Shown here: piece by piece, positions 60,366 to 64,000 of the stretch
Position numbering within the stretch: the stretch's first letter is position 1
Layout of the letters: each line of letters begins with the position of its first letter
Source of the DNA: Blepharisma stoltei ATCC 30299
Taxonomy: Eukaryota; Protista; Ciliophora
DNA: 64,000 bases
Reading direction: 5' to 3'
Assembly (NCBI GenBank): GCA_965603825.1
Contig: CBFDEM010000003.1
Coordinates: 434,001-498,000, forward strand
Made by a program: the position numbers and the translations under genes
The notes under the pieces: model-generated
What the model saw: the letters and a program-made list of their open reading frames with translations, nothing else
Databases searched by the model: none
What the model was told of the DNA's origin: nothing

Positions 60366-61121
60366 ATGGAATTTAAAGGAATAAGAGGAAGATTAGATAA
60401 GAAACATAACGACAGATTAATTGAAAGTATTAAAAAGCAGTTCAGTAGGTTTGAGCCGATAGGAGCAAGCATGAGACGAAAAGAGAGAATACCTTCAAGT
60501 GTAGACAGAGCTTTTGATGAAATGCTGAAGGCACAAAAGAGCTTTAATTTCCAAAGGAGGGAAATCAATAAGACTTCTAAATCCGCTAGGGTTCTACCAA
60601 GCATTAAACCAAAAGTTCCGAAATATTTACTAGAAATTGCCTCAGAAAAACAGTTAAGATCAAAATCGAATTTAAGACCTTCTAAAAAATCCGAAAAATA
60701 TTTTACCCTCAAAAAAAGGTTATCACCAATTGCGGAATCGAAAAAAAGACTGCATCGCTATAAATCTCCAAAAATTATTAAACATAAATCCTTGGCAAGC
60801 ATTTTTGATTTATGTAACTCTCCAAAAGAGATAACTGAAAAACCACTGAAAAAGATCAAATTGCCGAAATTGAAAAAACTTCCTTCAAAGACCCCAGATT
60901 TATTTTCAAAACGCTCAAGTAGGTCCAAGCTATGGCCGATTGAGCTTACAAATGTGTATGACGACGAATTTATCTCAAAAATCTGTAGAGAGACGAATGA
61001 GACTTCTTACTTTATTGCCTGCAAACTTGGAAAACCTAAAATATGGCACTATAAAGGCGGCACACTTCCATATAAATTTGAGCATGAGCTTCGTGGCTTG
61101 ATTCATGGAAATCTAATATAA
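60366..61121 (+). CDS. Hypothetical Lys/Arg-rich protein, 251 aa
   Basis: Uninterrupted ORF ending TAA. No domain recognised. Confidence 0.65.
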   Translation: MEFKGIRGRLDKKHNDRLIESIKKQFSRFEPIGASMRRKERIPSSVDRAFDEMLKAQKSFNFQRREINKTSKSARVLPSIKPKVPKYLLEIASEKQLRSKSNLRPSKKSEKYFTLKKRLSPIAESKKRLHRYKSPKIIKHKSLASIFDLCNSPKEITEKPLKKIKLPKLKKLPSKTPDLFSKRSSRSKLWPIELTNVYDDEFISKICRETNETSYFIACKLGKPKIWHYKGGTLPYKFEHELRGLIHGNLI

Positions 61122-61304
61122 TCATAAAATACTTAATACTAAGATATTTTTTCATAATATTAATTTTTAAATATTAATATTAAAAATAATTATTTTAAAA
61201 GCAATGCTGATCACTTCATAAACATATAAATCTTGTTTTGCTATCTATATATTATCTTTAACACTCAATTCTTATTAATTCTATTAACCTTATGTTACGA
61301 ATTC

Positions 61305-64000
61305 TTATCCGATCTTGAATTTCCCTCCTTTTCCTCCAACTTTGATTCCAGCTTCAACTTTAGGTACTTCAACTTTCACATCTGCTCCAACCTTTCCGCC
61401 AGCATCAGCTTTAACTCCTCCTTTCACTTCTACTTTACCTTTCCCTCTCTTTTTACCACTATCACTGCTACTACTGCTGCTGCTACTGCTAGATGATTTC
61501 TTTTTGCCAGCTGATTTTGCTCCTGCTTTTACATTAATATTAGCTCCAGCCTTGATGCCAGCTTTCTTTTTGCTATCACTATCAGAACTGCTTGAGGAGG
61601 AAGATGATGCTTTCTTTTTCTTTCCTCCTACATCAGCCTTAACGCCTACTTGAACATTTGCTTTTGGTGCTTCGACACTAGCGCCTGCTTTTAGACCTGG
61701 AAGCTGTCCTTGGAACTTGCTCTTCTTCTTTTTAGCATCTGAATCACTGCTACTGCTGCTGCTACTGCTACTTGAACCTTTCTTTCCTACTTTTGCTTCA
61801 GCTTTGAATTTAGGCACTTTGGCTTCTGCTTGTATTACAGGTGCCTCAGGGGCTTTAGCTTTGATTTCGACTTTTTTGCCTTTTTTCTTCTTGTCGTCTG
61901 AGCTTGAGGAGCTGCTGGATTCTGATTTTTTACTTTTGATAGCTTTTGCTAGGGAGCTTGCAAAGCTGCCCGTTTTTACCTTAGGAGGTTCAGCTTTGAC
62001 TTCTGCTTTGACTTCAACTTTTGGAGCACTTGGAGCCTCAGATTGAGCTTTTGCCTTTGGTAGCTCAGCTTTTAATTTGATTCCACCATCACTTGAGCTG
62101 CTACTTGAAGACTTTTTCTTTCCTACTTTGATATCAGCTTTTATGGCAGGGCCTTTTACGTCAGCTTTTAGTCCTGGAAGTTTTGCATCAGCTTTAACTG
62201 CGATTCCGGCTTTCTTTTTCTTTCCACTATCACTTGAACTGCTGCTTGAAGAGGATTTTTTCTTTCCTCCGATGCTTATTGCTGCTTTTCCAGCTGGTGC
62301 TTTAGGAGCTTCAATCTTAGCTTCAACTTTTCCTTTTGGTGCTTCAACCTTTACATCAGCTTTAGGCAACGCTGGTGGTTGTGCTCTAATTGCTATACCA
62401 GCTTTTTTCTTATTGTCTTCACTGCTAGAACTGCTGCTGCTTGAGGATCGTTTTTTCTTTCCTCCAATATTAATTCCAATGCCTGGGGCTTTCACCTCAG
62501 CTTTTCCTGCTGGAACTTTGACATCAGCTTTGACGTCAACTTTTGCCTTAGGAGCTTCTGCCTTAACAGCAATTCCTGCTTTCTTTTTATTGTCTTCACT
62601 GCTAGAGCTGCTACTTGATGATGATTTCTTTTTTCCTCCGATATTTATACCTCCTTTAATTGCAGGAGCTTTTACGTCAACTTTGGCTGATGGTGCTTTA
62701 GGTGCCTCCACTTTGACTGCGACTTTCTTTTTGTTGTCTTCACTAGAGCTACTGCTGCTTGAAGAGCCTTTTTTGAGACCAACTTTAACCCCAGCTTTAG
62801 TTTCTGGAGCTTTAGGAAGATTTACGTCAGCCTTTGCGGTTGGGCCTTTTACGTCAACTTTAGCTGATGGTGCCTTAGGGGCTTCTGCTTTGATGTTGAT
62901 TCCAACTTTCTTTTTCTTGTCACTATCACTGGAAGAGCTGCTTGATGAAGATTTTTTCTTTCCTCCAATTTTGAGGGCAGGTGCTTTAACATCTGCTTTT
63001 ACATCAGCTTTACCTTTGATTTCTGGACCTTTGACGTCAACTTTTGCAGCTGGAACTTTAGGAGCGTCTACTTTCACTGCAATTCCTGCTTTCTTCTTGT
63101 TGTCTTCACTGGAGCTGCTTGATGATGATCTCTTCTTGCCTTTGACATCAATACCTGCTTTAATTGCAGGAGCTTTGACATCAACTTTTCCAGATGGTGC
63201 TTTAGGTGCTTCAACTTTAACCTCAGCTTTGGCAGCTGGGACTTTAGGACCGTCAACTTTGATTCCAATTCCGCCTTTCTTTTTATTGTCTTCGCTAGAG
63301 CTGCTTGATGATGAAGATGACCTTTTCTTTCCTCCAATCTTAATATCTGCCTTTACTGCTGGAGCTTTGACGTCTACTTTTCCAGATGGGGCTTTAGGTG
63401 CTTCGGCTTTGACTTCAACTTTAGCTGCTGGGACTTTAGGAGCGTCAACTTTGATTCCAATTCCCCCTTTCTTTTTATTGTCTTCACTAGAGCTGCTGGA
63501 TGATGAAGAAGATTTTTTCTTTCCTTTGATATCAATACCTCCTTTAATTGCAGGAGCTTTGACATCAACTTTAGCAGATGGGGCTTTAGGTGCTTCAACT
63601 TTAACCTCAGCTTTGGCAGCTGGGACCTTTGGAGCGTCTACTTTGACTGCGATTCCTGCTTTCTTCTTGTTATCTTCGCTGGAGCTGCTTGATGATGAAG
63701 ATGATCTTTTCTTGCCTCCAATTTTGATGTCTGCCTTTACTGCTGGAGCTTTGACATCAACTTTTCCAGATGGTGCTTTAGGTGCTTCAACTTTAACCTC
63801 AGCTTTGGCAGCTGGGACTTTAGGAGCGTCAACTTTGATTCCAATTCCGCCTTTCTTTTTATTGTCTTCACTAGAGCTGCTAGATGAAGAAGATGATCTT
63901 TTCTTTCCTTTGACATCAATACCTGCTTTAATTGCTGGAGCCTTGACATCCACTTTGCCAGATGGTGCTTTCGGTGCTTCAACTTTAATTTCAGCTTTGG
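61305..64000 (-). CDS. Lys/Ala/Ser/Pro-rich repeat protein, 5'-truncated by the window end (>897 aa)
   Basis: The frame is open to the window edge. 64-aa repeats contain KK(R/K)S6-9EDNKKK and KVDVKAP motifs, with synonymous variation between repeats. Confidence 0.85.
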   Translation of the reverse strand, partial: KAEIKVEAPKAPSGKVDVKAPAIKAGIDVKGKKRSSSSSSSSSEDNKKKGGIGIKVDAPKVPAAKAEVKVEAPKAPSGKVDVKAPAVKADIKIGGKKRSSSSSSSSSEDNKKKAGIAVKVDAPKVPAAKAEVKVEAPKAPSAKVDVKAPAIKGGIDIKGKKKSSSSSSSSSEDNKKKGGIGIKVDAPKVPAAKVEVKAEAPKAPSGKVDVKAPAVKADIKIGGKKRSSSSSSSSSEDNKKKGGIGIKVDGPKVPAAKAEVKVEAPKAPSGKVDVKAPAIKAGIDVKGKKRSSSSSSSEDNKKKAGIAVKVDAPKVPAAKVDVKGPEIKGKADVKADVKAPALKIGGKKKSSSSSSSSDSDKKKKVGINIKAEAPKAPSAKVDVKGPTAKADVNLPKAPETKAGVKVGLKKGSSSSSSSSEDNKKKVAVKVEAPKAPSAKVDVKAPAIKGGINIGGKKKSSSSSSSSSEDNKKKAGIAVKAEAPKAKVDVKADVKVPAGKAEVKAPGIGINIGGKKKRSSSSSSSSSEDNKKKAGIAIRAQPPALPKADVKVEAPKGKVEAKIEAPKAPAGKAAISIGGKKKSSSSSSSSDSGKKKKAGIAVKADAKLPGLKADVKGPAIKADIKVGKKKSSSSSSSDGGIKLKAELPKAKAQSEAPSAPKVEVKAEVKAEPPKVKTGSFASSLAKAIKSKKSESSSSSSSDDKKKKGKKVEIKAKAPEAPVIQAEAKVPKFKAEAKVGKKGSSSSSSSSSSDSDAKKKKSKFQGQLPGLKAGASVEAPKANVQVGVKADVGGKKKKASSSSSSSSDSDSKKKAGIKAGANINVKAGAKSAGKKKSSSSSSSSSSSDSGKKRGKGKVEVKGGVKADAGGKVGADVKVEVPKVEAGIKVGGKGGKFKIG

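Noticed and set aside
1-64000. rRNA, tRNA, telomeric repeats, DNA transposase genes
   Set aside because: None recognised by eye; short structured RNAs could have been missed.

Overview
This is AT-rich, gene-dense eukaryotic DNA, and the supplied ORF track uses the wrong genetic code. In-frame TGA repeatedly aligns with TGG/Trp in internal repeats and paralogs, while genes end in TAA or TAG. Together with a 15-nt GT-AG intron, this points to the somatic (macronuclear) genome of a heterotrich ciliate of the Blepharisma type (inference). Re-read with UGA=Trp, the fragmented ORFs join into about 27 genes. In order: a >5,800-aa Sfi1-like giant repeat protein (5'-truncated; 69-aa units nested in super-repeats), three tandem OSCA/TMEM63-like channels, a decayed non-LTR retrotransposon RT, a SNF5/zinc-ribbon/AT-hook/PHD/bromo-like protein, five tandem alpha/beta hydrolases plus a relic, an MDR oxidoreductase-MORN fusion, PCF11, p24, an Ulp1-like pseudo-protease, a cathepsin L-like protease, a bZIP, calmodulin and a paralog, a P-loop ATPase relic, a pentapeptide-WD40 gene split by a ~0.83-kb insert whose removal restores the frame, a Jupiter/SPIRAL1-motif protein, an ODA-DC-like coiled coil, a C2H2 protein, an RRM-KH-CysRS-C fusion, and a 5'-truncated Lys/Ser/Ala repeat protein. 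Coordinates were re-derived by hand. Family calls come from motif recognition, not database searches.
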